A stretch of DNA of 64,000 bases, from NCBI RefSeq assembly GCF_009914755.1, contig NC_060925.1. One strand, given 5' to 3'. The notes beneath the pieces were generated by a model. That model saw only the letters and a list, made by a program, of their open reading frames with translations, ran no database searches and was not told where the DNA came from. Numbering within the stretch: position 1 is the first letter of the stretch; each line of letters begins with the position of its first letter. Positions 1 to 14,300 of this stretch are shown one piece after another. Source of the stretch: the human T2T-CHM13v2.0 reference genome, Homo sapiens. The translations under genes and the position numbers were made by a program.

Positions 1-252
1 GAATGGAATAATCCATGGACTCGAATGCAATCATCATCGAATGGAATGGAATGGAATCATCGAATGGACTCGAATGGAATAATCATTGAACGGAATCGAA
101 TGGAATCATCATCGGATGGAAACGAATGGAATCATCATCGAATGGAAATGAAAGGAGTCATCATCTAATGGAATTGCATGGAATCATCATAAAATGGAAT
201 CGAATGGAATCCACATCAAATGGAATCAAATGGAATCATTGAACGGAATTGA

Positions 253-1560
253 ATGGAATCGTCATCGAATGAATTGACTGCAATCATCGAATGGGCTCGA
301 ATGGAATCATCTTCAAATGGAATGGAATGGAATCATCGCATAGAATCGAATGGAATTATCATCGAATGGAATCGAATGGAATCAACATCAAACGGAAAAA
401 AACAGAATTATCGTATGGAATCGAAGAGAATCATCGAATGGACCCGAATGGAATCATCTAATGGAATGGAATGGAATAATCCATGGACTCGAATGCAATC
501 ATCATCGAATGGAATCGAATGGAATCATCGAATGGACTCGAATGGAATAATCATTGAACGGAATCGAATGGAATCATCATCGGATGGAAATGAATGGAAT
601 CATCATCGAATGGAATCGAATAGAATTATGGAATGAAATCCAGTGTGATCATCATCGAATGGACCCGAATGGAATCATGATCCAACGGAAGCTAATGGAA
701 TCAACATCGAATGAATCGAATGGAAACACCATCGAATTGAAACGAATGGAATTATCATGAAATTGAAATGGATGGACTCATCATCGAATGGATTCGAATG
801 GAATCATCGAATAAAATTGATTGAAATCATCATCGAATGAAATCGAATGGTATCATTGAATGGAATCGAATGGAATCATCATCAGATGGAAATGAATGGA
901 ATCGTCATAGAATGGAATCGAATGGATTCATTGAATGGAATCAGATGGAATCATCGAATGGACTGGAATGGAATCATTGAATGGACTCGAAAGGGATCAT
1001 TATTGAATGGAATTGAATGGAATCATCGAATGGTCTCGATTGGAATCATTATCAAATGGAATCGAATGGAATCACCGAATAGAATCGAATGGAACAATCA
1101 TCGAATGGACTCAAATGGAATTATCCTCAAATGGAATCGAATGGAATTATCGAATGCAATCGAATGGAATTATCGAATGCAATCGAATAGAATCATCGAA
1201 TGGACTCGAATGGAATCATCGAATGGAATGGAATGGAACAGTCAATGAACTCGAATGGAATCATCATTGAATGGAATCGAATGGAATCATCGAGTGGAAT
1301 CGAATGGAATTATGATCAAATGGAATCGAATGTAATCATCATCAAATGGAATCAAAAATAACCATCATCAATTGGTATTGAATGGAATTGTCATCAAATG
1401 GAATTCAAAGGAATCATCATCAAATGGAACCGAATGGAATCCTCATTGAATGGAAATGAAAGGGGTCATCATCTAATGGAATCGCATGGAATCATCATCA
1501 AATGGAATCGAATGGAATCATCATCAAATGGAATCTAATGGAATCATTGAACAGAATTGA
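253..1560 (+). repeat. B subunit, 1,308 bp
   Basis: Shared head followed by B-specific landmarks GAAATCCAGTGTGATC, CGGAAGCTAATGG, ATAAAATTGATTGAAATC, GGAACAGTCAATGAACTC, AAAAATAACCATC, GAATTCAAAGG, GAAAGGGGTC. Confidence 0.93.
693..703 (+). promoter_or_regulatory. TAATGGAATCA, match to the degenerate DUX4 consensus TAAYBBAATCA; second site per unit at 1536-1546
   Basis: Exact match to the degenerate consensus, twice per canonical unit. DUX4 is known to bind and activate HSATII. Occupancy of these particular sites is not shown by the sequence. Confidence 0.4.
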
Positions 1561-2028
1561 ATGGAATCGTCATCGAATGAATTGAATGCAATCATCGAAT
1601 GGTCTCGAATGGAATCATCTTCTAATGGAAAGCAATGGAATCATCGCATAGAATCGAATGGAATTATCATCGAATGGAATCGAATGGTATCAACACCAAA
1701 CGGAAAAAAACGGAATTATCGAATGGAATCGAAGAGAATCTTCGAACGGACCCGAATGGAATCATCTAATGGAATGGAATGGAATAATCCATGGACTCGA
1801 ATGCAATCATCATCGAATGGAATGGAATGGAATCATCGAATGGACTCGAATGGAATAATCATTGAACGGAATCGAATGGAATCATCATCGGATGGAAACG
1901 AATGGAATCATCATCGAATGGAAATGAAAGGAGTCATCATCTAATGGAATTGCATGGAATCATCATAAAATGGAATCGAATGGAATCAACATCAAATGGA
2001 ATCAAATGGAATCATTGAACGGAATTGA
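1561..2028 (+). repeat. A subunit, 468 bp
   Basis: The first ~360 bp are a paralogue of the B head with diagnostic variants (TTCTAATGGAAAG, GGTATCAACACC, ATCTTCGAACGG). The tail GAAAGGAGTCATCATCTAATGGAATTGCATGG parallels the B tail GAAAGGGGTCATCATCTAATGGAATCGCATGG. Confidence 0.93.
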
Positions 2029-5000
2029 ATGGAATCGTCATCGAATGAATTGACTGCAATCATCGAATGGTCTCGAATGGAATCATCTTCAAATGGAATG
2101 GAATGGAATCATCGCATAGAATCGAATGGAATTATCATCGAATGGAATCGAATGGAATCAACATCAAACGGAAAAAAACGGAATTATCGAATGGAATCGA
2201 AGAGAATCATCGAATGGACCCGAATGGAATCATCTAATGGAATGGAATGGAATAATCCATGGACTCGAATGCAATCATCATCGAATGGAATCGAATGGAA
2301 TCATCGAATGGACTCGAATGGAATAATCATTGAACGGAATCGAATGGAATCATCATCGGATGGAAATGAATGGAATCATCATCGAATGGAATCGAATAGA
2401 ATTATGGAATGAAATCCAGTGTGATCATCATCGAATGGACCCGAATGGAATCATGATCCAACGGAAGCTAATGGAATCAACATCGAATGAATCGAATGGA
2501 AACACCATCGAATTGAAACGAATGGAATTATCATGAAATTGAAATGGATGGACTCATCATCGAATGGATTCGAATGGAATCATCGAATAAAATTGATTGA
2601 AATCATCATCGAATGAAATCGAATGGTATCATTGAATGGAATCGAATGGAATCATCATCAGATGGAAATGAATGGAATCGTCATAGAATGGAATCGAATG
2701 GATTCATTGAATGGAATCAGATGGAATCATCGAATGGACTGGAATGGAATCATTGAATGGACTCGAAAGGGATCATTATTGAATGGAATTGAATGGAATC
2801 ATCGAATGGTCTCGATTGGAATCATTATCAAATGGAATCGAATGGAATCACCGAATAGAATCGAATGGAACAATCATCGAATGGACTCAAATGGAATTAT
2901 CCTCAAATGGAATCGAATGGAATTATCGAATGCAATCGAATGGAATTATCGAATGCAATCGAATAGAATCATCGAATGGACTCGAATGGAATCATCGAAT
3001 GGAATGGAATGGAACAGTCAATGAACTCGAATGGAATCATCATTGAATGGAATCGAATGGAATCATCGAGTGGAATCGAATGGAATTATGATCAAATGGA
3101 ATCGAATGTAATCATCATCAAATGGAATCAAAAATAACCATCATCAATTGGTATTGAATGGAATTGTCATCAAATGGAATTCAAAGGAATCATCATCAAA
3201 TGGAACCGAATGGAATCCTCATTGAATGGAAATGAAAGGGGTCATCATCTAATGGAATCGCATGGAATCATCATCAAATGGAATCGAATGGAATCATCAT
3301 CAAATGGAATCTAATGGAATCATTGAACAGAATTGAATGGAATCGTCATCGAATGAATTGAATGCAATCATCGAATGGTCTCGAATGGAATCATCTTCTA
3401 ATGGAAAGCAATGGAATCATCGCATAGAATCGAATGGAATTATCATCGAATGGAATCGAATGGTATCAACACCAAACGGAAAAAAACGGAATTATCGAAT
3501 GGAATCGAAGAGAATCTTCGAACGGACCCGAATGGAATCATCTAATGGAATGGAATGGAATAATCCATGGACTCGAATGCAATCATCATCGAATGGAATG
3601 GAATGGAATCATCGAATGGACTCGAATGGAATAATCATTGAACGGAATCGAATGGAATCATCATCGGATGGAAACGAATGGAATCATCATCGAATGGAAA
3701 TGAAAGGAGTCATCATCTAATGGAATTGCATGGAATCATCATAAAATGGAATCGAATGGAATCAACATCAAATGGAATCAAATGGAATCATTGAACGGAA
3801 TTGAATGGAATCGTCATCGAATGAATTGACTGCAATCATCGAATGGTCTCGAATGGAATCATCTTCAAATGGAATGGAATGGAATCATCGCATAGAATCG
3901 AATGGAATTATCATCGAATGGAATCGAATGGAATCAACATCAAACGGAAAAAAACGGAATTATCGAATGGAATCGAAGAGAATCATCGAATGGACCCGAA
4001 TGGAATCATCTAATGGAATGGAATGGAATAATCCATGGACTCGAATGCAATCATCATCGAATGGAATCGAATGGAATCATCGAATGGACTCGAATGGAAT
4101 AATCATTGAACGGAATCGAATGGAATCATCATCGGATGGAAATGAATGGAATCATCATCGAATGGAATCGAATAGAATTATGGAATGAAATCCAGTGTGA
4201 TCATCATCGAATGGACCCGAATGGAATCATCATCCAACGGAAGCTAATGGAATCAACATCGAATGAATCGAATGGAAACACCATCGAATTGAAACGAATG
4301 GAATTATCATGAAATTGAAATGGATGGACACATCATCGAATGGATTCGAATGGAATCATCGAATAAAATTGATTGAAATCATCATCAAATGGAATCGAAT
4401 GGTATCATTGAATGGAATCGAATGGAATCATCATCAGATGGAAATGAATGGAATCGTCATAGAATGGAATCGAATGGATTCATTGAATGGAATCAGATGG
4501 AATCATCGAATGGACTGGAATGAAATCATTGAATGGACTCGAAAGGGATCATTATTGAATGGAATTGAATGGAATCATCGAATGGTCTCGATTGGAATCA
4601 TTATCAAATGGAATCGAATGGAACAATCATTGAATGGACTCAAATGAAATTATCCTCAAATGGAATCGAATGGAATTATCGAATGCAATCGAATGGAATT
4701 ATCAAATGCAATCGAATAGAATCATCGAATGGACTCGAATGGAATCATCGAATGGAATGGAATGGAACAGTCAATGAACTCGAATGGAATCATCATTGAA
4801 TGGAATCGAATGGAATCATCGAGTGGAATCGAATGGAATTATGATCAAATGGAATAGAATGTAATCATCATCAAATGGAATCAAAAATAACCATCATCAA
4901 TTGGTATTGAATGGAATTGTCATCAAATGGAATTCAAAGGAATCATCATCAAATGGAACCGAATGGAATCCTCATTGAATGGAAATGAAAGGGGTCATCA

Positions 5001-8000
5001 TCTAATGGAATCGCATGGAATCATCATCAAATGGAATCGAATGGAATCATCATCAAATGGAATCTAATGGAATCATTGAACAGAATTGAATGGAATCGTC
5101 ATCGAATGAATTGAATGCAATCATCAAATGGTCTCGAATGGAATCATCTTCTAATGGAAAGGAATGGAATCATCGCATAGAATCGAATGGAATTATCATC
5201 GAATGGAATCGAATGGTATCAACACCAAACGGAAAAAAACGGAATTATCGAATGGAATCGAAGAGAATCTTCGAACGGACCCGAATGGAATCATCTAATG
5301 GAATGGAATGGAATAATCCATGGACTCGAATGCAATCATCATCGAATGGAATCGCATGGAATCATCGAATGGACTCGAATGGAATAATCATTGAACGGAA
5401 TCGAATGGAATCATCATCGGATGGAAATGAATGGAATCATCATCGAATGGAAATGAAAGGAGTCATCATCTAATGGAATTGCATGGAATCATCATAAAAT
5501 GGAATCGAATGGAATCAACATCAAATGGAATCAAATGGAATCATTGAACGGAATTGAATGGAATCGTCATCGAATGAATTGACTGCAATCATCGAATGGT
5601 CTCGAATGGAATCATCTTCAAATGGAATGGAATGGAATCATCGCATAGAATCGAATGGAATTATCATCGAATGGAATCGAATGGAATCAACATCAAACGG
5701 AAAAAAACGGAATTATCGAATGGAATCGAAGAGAATCATCGAATGGACCCGAATGGAATCATCTAATGGAATGGAATGGAATAATCCATGGACTCGAATG
5801 CAATCATCATCGAATGGAATCGAATGGAATCATCGAATGGACTCGAATGGAATAATCATTGAACGGAATCGAATGGAATCATCATCGGATGGAAATGAAT
5901 GGAATCATCATCGAATGGAATCGAATAGAATTATGGAATGAAATCCAGTGTGATCATCATCGAATGGACCCGAATGGAATCATCATCCAACGGAAGCTAA
6001 TGGAATCAACATCGAATGAATCGAATGGAAACACCATCGAATTGAAACGAATGGAATTATCATGAAATTGAAATGGATGGACTCATCATCGAATGGATTC
6101 GAATGGAATCATCGAATAAAATTGATTGAAATCATCATCGAATGGAATCGAATGGTATCATTGAATGGAATCGAATGGAATCATCATCAGATGGAAATGA
6201 ATGGAATCGTCATAGAATGGAATCGAATGGATTCATTGAATGGAATCAGATGGAATCATCGAATGGACTGGAATGGAATCATTGAATGGACTCGAAAGGG
6301 ATCATTATTGAATGGAATTGAATGGAATCATCGAATGGTCTCGATTGGAATCATTATCAAATGGAATCGAATGGAATCACCAAATAGAATCGAATGGAAC
6401 AATCATCGAATGGACTCAAATGGAATTATCCTCAAATGGAATCGAATGGAATTATCGAATGCAATCGAATGGAATTATCGAATGCAATCGAATAGAATCA
6501 TCGAATGGACTCGAATGGAATCATCGAATGGAATGGAATGGAACAGTCAATGAACTCGAATGGAATCATCATTGAATGGAATCGAATGGAATCATCGAGT
6601 GGAATCGAATGGAATTATGATCAAATGGAATCGAATGTAATCATCATCAAATGGAATCAAAAATAACCATCATCAATTGGTATTGAATGGAATTGTCATC
6701 AAATGGAATTCAAAGGAATCATCATCAAATGGAACCGAATGGAATCCTCATTGAATGGAAATGAAAGGGGTCATCATCTAATGGAATCGCATGGAATCAT
6801 CATCAAATGGAATCGAATGGAATCATCATCAAATGGAATCTAATGGAATCATTGAACAGAATTGAATGGAATCGTCATCGAATGAATTGAATGCAATCAT
6901 CGAATGGTCTCGAATGGAATCATCTTCTAATGGAAAGGAATGGAATCATCGCATAGAATCGAATGGAATTATCATCGAATGGAATCGAATGGTATCAACA
7001 CCAAACGGAAAAATACGGAATTATCGAATGGAATCGAAGAGAATCTTCGAACGGACCCGAATGGAATCATCTAATGGAATGGAATGGAATAATCCATGGA
7101 CTCGAATGCAATCATCATCGAATGGAATGGAATGGAATCATCGAATGGACTCGAATGGAATAATCATTGAACGGAATCGAATGGAATCATCATCGGATGG
7201 AAACGAATGGAATCATCATCGAATGGAAATGAAAGGAGTCATCATCTAATGGAATTGCATGGAATCATCATAAAATGGAATCGAATGGAATCAACATCAA
7301 ATGGAATCAAATGGAATCATTGAACGGAATTGAATGGAATCGTCATCGAATGAATTGACTGCAATCATCGAATGGTCTCGAATGGAATCATCTTCAAATG
7401 GAATGGAATGGAATCATCGCATAGAATCGAATGGAATTATCATCGAATGGAATCGAATGGAATCAACATCAAACGGAAAATAACGGAATTATCGAATGGA
7501 ATCGAAGAGAATCATCGAATGGACCCGAATGGAATCATCTAATGGAATGGAATGGAATAATCCATGGACTCGAATGCAATCATCATCGAATGGAATCGAA
7601 TGGAATCATCGAATGGACTCGAATGGAATAATCATTGAACGGAATCGAATGGAATCATCATCGGATGGAAATGAATGGAATCATCATCGAATGGAATCGA
7701 ATAGAATTATGGAATGAAATCCAGTGTGATCATCATCGAATGGACCCGAATGGAATCATCATCCAACGGAAGCTAATGGAATCAACATCGAATGAATCGA
7801 ATGGAAACACCATCGAATTGAAACGAATGGAATTATCATGAAATTGAAATGGATGGACTCATCATCGAATGGATTCGAATGGAATCATCGAATAAAATTG
7901 ATTGAAATCATCATCCAATGGAATCGAATGGTATCATTGAATGGAAACGAATGGAATCATCATCAGATGGAAATGAATGGAATCGTCATAGAATGGAATC

Positions 8001-10885
8001 GAATGGATTCATTGAATGGAATCAGATGGAATCATCGAATGGACTGGAATGGAATCATTGAATGGACTCGAAAGGGATCATGATTGAATGGAATTGAATG
8101 GAATCATCGAATGGTCTCGATTGGAATCATTATCAAATGGAATCGAATGGAATCACCGAATAGAATCGAATGGAACAATCATCGAATGGACTCAAATGGA
8201 ATTATCCTCCAATGGAATCGAATGGAATTATCGAATGCAATCGAATGGAATTATCGAATGCAATCGAATAGAATCATCGAATGGACTCGAATGGAATCAT
8301 CGAATGGAATGGAATGGAACAGTCAATGAACTCGAATGGAATCATCATTGAATGGAATCGAATGGAATCATCGAGTGGAATCGAATGGAATTATGATCAA
8401 ATGGAATCGAATGTAATCATCATCAAATGGAATCAAAAATAACCATCATCAATTGGTATTGAATGGAATTGTCATCAAATGGAATTCAAAGGAATCATCA
8501 TCAAATGGAACCGAATGGAATCCTCATTGAATGGAAATGAAAGGGGTCATCATCTAATGGAATCGCATGGAATCATCATCAAATGGAATCGAATGGAATC
8601 ATCATCAAATGGAATCTAATGGAATCATTGAACAGAATTGAATGGAATCGTCATCGAATGAATTGAATGCAATCATCGAATGGTCTCGAATGGAATCATC
8701 TTCTAATGGAAAGGAATGGAATCATTGCATAGAATCGAATGGAATTATCATCGAATGGAATCAAATGGTATCAACACCAAACGGAAAAAAACGGAATTAT
8801 CGAATGGAATCAAAGAGAATCTTCGAACGGACCCGAATGGAATCATCTAATGGAATGGAATGGAATAATCCATGGACTCGAATGCAATCATCATCGAATG
8901 GAATGGAATGGAATCATCGAATGGACTCGAATGGAATAATCATTGAACGGAATCGAATGGAATCATCATCGGATGGAAACGAATGGAATCATCATCGAAT
9001 GGAAATGAAAGGAGTCATCATCTAATGGAATTGCATGGAATCATCATAAAATGGAATCGAATGGAATCCACATCAAATGGAATCAAATGGAATCATTGAA
9101 CGGAATTGAATGGAATCGTCATCGAATGAATTGACTGCAATCATCGAATGGGCTCGAATGGAATCATCTTCAAATGGAATGGAATGGAATCATCGCATAG
9201 AATCGAATGGAATTATCATCGAATGGAATCGAATGGAATCAACATCAAATGGAAAAAAACGGAATTATCGAATGGAATCGAAGAGAATCATCGAATGGAC
9301 CCGAATGGAATAATCTAATGGAATGGAATGGAATAATCCATGGACTCGAATGCAATCATCATCGAATGGAATCGAATGGAATCATCGAATGGACTCGAAT
9401 GGAATAATCATTGAACGGAATCGAATGGAATCATCATCGGATGGAAATGAATGGAATCATCATCGAATGGAATCGAATAGAATTATGGAATGAAATCCAG
9501 TGTGATCATCATCGAATGGACCCGAATGGAATCATCATCCAACGGAAGCTAATGGAATCAACATCGAATGAATCGAATGGAAACACCATCGAATTGAAAC
9601 GAATGGAATTATCATGAAATTGAAATGGATGGACTCATCATCGAATGGATTCGAATGGAATCATCGAATAAAATTGATTGAAATCATCATCCAATGGAAT
9701 CGAATGGTATCATTGAATGGAATCGAATGGAATCATCATCAGATGGAAATGAATGGAATCGTCATAGAATGGAATCGAATGGATTCATTGAATGGAATCA
9801 GATGGAATCATCGAATGGACTGGAATGGAATCATTGAATGGACTCGAAAGGGATCATGATTGAATGGAATTGAATGGAATCATCGAATGGTCTCGATTGG
9901 AATCATTATCAAATGGAATCGAATGGAATCACCGAATAGAATCGAATGGAACAATCATCGAATGGACTCAAATGGAATTATCCTCAAATGGAATCGAATG
10001 GAATTATCGAATGCAATCGAATGGAATTATCGAATGCAATCGAATAGAATCATCGAATGGACTCGAATGGAATCATCGAATGGAATGGAATGGAACAGTC
10101 AATGAACTCGAATGGAATCATCATTGATTGGAATCGAATGGAATCATCGAGTGGAATCGAATGGAATTATGATCAAATGGAATCGAATGTAATCATCATC
10201 AAATGGAATCAAAAATAACCATCATCAATTGGTATTGAATGGAATTGTCATCAAATGGAATTCAAAGGAATCATCATCAAATGGAACCGAATGGAATCCT
10301 CATTGAATGGAAATGAAAGGGGTCATCATCTAATGGAATCGCATGGAATCATCATCAAATGGAATCGAATGGAATCATCATCAAATGGAATCTAATGGAA
10401 TCATTGAACAGAATTGAATGGAATCGTCATCGAATGAATTGAATGCAATCATCGAATGGTCTCGAATGGAATCATCTTCTAATGGAAAGGAATGGAATCA
10501 TCGCATAGAATCGAATGGAATTATCATCGAATGGAATCGAATGGTATCAACACCAAACGGAAAAAAACGGAATTATCGAATGGAATCGAAGAGAATCTTC
10601 GAACGGACCCGAATGGAATCATCTAATGGAATGGAATGGAATAATCCATGGACTCGAATGCAATCATCATCGAATGGAATCGAATGGAGTCATCGAATGG
10701 ACTCGAATGGAATAATCATTGAACGGAATCGAATGGAATCATCATCGGATGGAAACGAATGGAATCATCATCGAATGGAAATGAAAGGAGTCATCATCTA
10801 ATGGAATTGCATGGAATCATCATAAAATGCAATCGAATGGAATCAACATCAAATGGAATCAAATGGAATCATTGAACGGAATTGA

Positions 10886-11327
10886 ATGGAATCGTCATCG
10901 AATGAATTGACTGCAATCATCGAATGGTCTCGAATGGAATCATCTTCAAATGGAATGGAATGGAATCATCGCATAGAATCGAATGGAATTATCATCGAAT
11001 GGAATCGAATGGAATCAACATCAAACGGAAAAAAACGGAATTATCGAATGGAATCGAAGAGAATCATCGAATGGACCCGAATGGAATCATCTAATGGAAT
11101 GGAATGGAATAATCCATGGACTCGAATGCAATCATCATCGAATGGAATCGAATGGAATCATCGAATGGACTCGAATGGAATAATCATTGAACGGAATCGA
11201 ATGGAATCATCATCGGATGGAAATGAAAGGAGTCATCATCTAATGGAATTGCATGGAATCATCATAAAATGGAATCGAATGGAATCAACATCAAATGGAA
11301 TCAAATGGAATCATTGAACGGAATTGA
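10886..11327 (+). repeat. A' variant subunit, 442 bp (B-type head fused to A tail); also at 13104, 18874, 21092, 25973, 35744, 54629
   Basis: Subunit start spacing of 442. The junction reads CATCGGATGGAAATGAAAGGAGTC, one 26-bp monomer shorter than A. Confidence 0.9.
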
Positions 11328-14300
11328 ATGGAATCGTCATCGAATGAATTGAAAGCAATCATCGAATGGTCTCGAATGGAATCATCTTCAAATGGAATGG
11401 AATGGAATCATCGCATAGAATCGAATGGAATTATCATCGAATGGAATCGAATGGAATCAACATCAAACGGAAAAAAACGGAATTATCGAATGGAATCGAA
11501 GAGAATCATCGAATGGACCCGAATGGAATCATCTAATGGAATGGAATGGAATAATCCATGGACTCGAATGCAATCATCATCGAATGGAATCGAATGGAAT
11601 CATCGAATGGACTCGAATGGAATAATCATTGAACGGAATCGAATGGAATCATCATCGGATGGAAATGAATGGAATCATCATCGAATGGAATCGAATAGAA
11701 TTATGGAATGAAATCCAGTGTGATCATCATCGAATGGACCCGAATGGAATCATCATCCAACGGAAGCTAATGGAATCAACATCGAATGAATCAAATGGAA
11801 ACACCATCGAATTGAAACGAATGGAATTACCATGAAATTGAAATGGATGGACTCATCATCGAATGGATTCGAATGGAATCATCGAATAAAATTGATTGAA
11901 ATCATCATCGAATGGAATCGAATGGTATCATTGAATGGAATCGAATGCAATCATCATCAGATGGAAATGAATGGAATCGTCATAGAATGGAATCGAATGG
12001 ATTCATTGAATGGAATCAGATGGAATCATCGAATGGACTGGAATGGAATCATTGAATGGACTCGAAAGGGATCATTATTGAATGGAATTGAATGGAATCA
12101 TCGAATGGTCTCGATTGGAATCATTATCAAATGGAATCGAATGGAATCACCGAATAGAATCGAATGGAACAATCATCGAATGGACACAAATGGAATTATC
12201 CTCAAATGGAATCGAATGGAATTATCGAATGCAATCGAATGGAATTATCGAATGCAATCGAATAGAATCATCGAATGGACTCGAATGGAATCATCGAATG
12301 GAATGCAATGGAACAGTCAATGAACTCGAATGGAATCATCATTGAATGGAATCGAATGGAATCATCGAGTGGAATCGAATGTAATCATCATCAAATGGAA
12401 TCAAAAATAACCATCATCAAATGGAATCAAAAATAACCATCATCAATTGGTATTGAATGGAATTCTCATCAAATGGAATTCAAAGGAATCATCATCAAAT
12501 GGAACCGAATGGAATCCTCATTGAATGGAAATGAAAGGGGTCATCATCTAATGGAATCGCATGGAATCATCATCAAATTGAATCGAATGGAATCATCATC
12601 AAATGGAATCTAATGGAATCATTAAACAGAATTGAATGGAATCGTCATCGAATGAATTGAATGCAATCATCGAATGGTCTCGAATGGAATCATCTTCTAA
12701 TGGAAAGGAATGGAATCATCGCATAGAAACGAATGGAATTATCATCGAATGGAATCGAATGGTATCAACACCAAACGGAAAAAAACGGAATTATCGAATG
12801 GAATCGAAGAGAATCTTCGAACGGACCCGAATGGAATCATCTAATGGAATGGAATGGAATAATCCATGGACTCGAATGCAATGATCATCGAATGGAATCC
12901 AATGGAATCATCGAATGGACTGGAATGGAATAATCATTGAACGGAATTGAATTGAATCATCATCGGATGGAAACGAATGGAATCATCATCGAATGGAAAT
13001 GAAAGGAGTCATCATCTAATGGAATTGCATGGAATCATCATAAAATGGAATCGAATGGAATCAACATCAAATGGAATCAAATGGAATCATTGAACGGAAT
13101 TGAATGGAATCGTCATCGAATAAATTGAATGCAATCATCGAATGGTCTCGAATGGAATCATCTTCAAATGGAATGGAATGGAATCATCGCATAGAATCGA
13201 ATGGAATTATCATCGAATGGAATCGAATGGAATCAACATCAAACGGAAAAAAACGGAATTATCGAATGGAATCGAAGAGAATCATCGAATGGACCCGAAT
13301 GGAATCATCTAATGGAATGGAATGGAATAATCCATGGACTCGAATGCAATCATCATCGAATGGAATCGAATGGAATCATCGAATGGACTCGAATGGAATA
13401 ATCATTGAACGGAATCGAATGGAATCAATATCGGATGGAAATGAAAGGAGTCATCATCTAATGGAATTGCATGGAATCATCATAAAATGGAATCGAATGG
13501 AATCAACATCAAATGGAATCAAATGGAATCATTGAACGGAATTGAATGGAATCGTCATCGAATGAATTGAATGCAATCATCGAATGGTCTCGAATGGAAT
13601 CATCTTCAAATGGAATGGAATGGAATCATCGCATAGAATCGAATGGAATTATCATCGAATGGAATCGAATGGAATCAACATCAAACGGAAAAAAACGGAA
13701 TTATCGAATGGAATCGAAGAGAATCATCGAATGGACCCGAATGGAATCATCTAATGGAATGGAATGGAATAATCCATGGACTCGAATGCAATCATCATCG
13801 AATGGAATCGAATGGAATCATCCAATGGACTCGAATGGAATAATCATTGAACGGAATCGAATGGAATCATCATCGGATGCAAATGAATGGAATCATCATC
13901 GAATGGAATCGAATAGAATTATGGAATGAAATCCAGTGTGATCATCATCGAATGGACCCGAATGGAATCATCATCCAACGGATGCTAATGGAATCAACAT
14001 CGAATGAATCAAATGGAAACACCATCGAATTGAAACGTATGGAATTACCATGAAATTGAAATGGATGGACTCATCATCGAATGGATTCGAAAGGAATCAA
14101 CGAATAAAATTGATTGAAATCATCATCGAATGGAATCGAATGGTATCATTGAATGGAATCGAATGGAATCATCATCAGATGGAAATGAATGGAATCGTCA
14201 TAGAATGGAATCGAATGGATTCATTGAATGGAATCAGATGGAATCATCGAATGGACTGGAATGGAATCATTGAATGGACTCGAAAGAGATCATGATTGAA

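Larger units (their letters stand above)
253..2028 (+). repeat. Representative canonical 1,776-bp unit = B subunit (253-1560) + A subunit (1561-2028)
   Basis: Equivalent landmarks recur at 253, 2029, 3805 and at 1561, 3337. GAATTC occurs at 1401 and 3177 (difference 1,776). Confidence 0.95.
1..10885 (+). repeat. Regular zone: about six consecutive canonical (B+A) units
   Basis: B starts at 253, 2029, 3805, 5558, 7334, 9110. All spacings are 1,776 except one of 1,753. All B heads carry GAATTGACTGCAATC. Confidence 0.9.

Noticed and set aside
392-404. A-run (CGGAAAAAAAC) as a retroposon tail or terminator
   Set aside because: Only about 7 A, and a fixed part of nearly every subunit head.
1733-1750. 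Possible heat-shock element AGAATCTTCGAAC in A heads
   Set aside because: Only two correctly spaced inverted nGAAn units; the third is out of phase.
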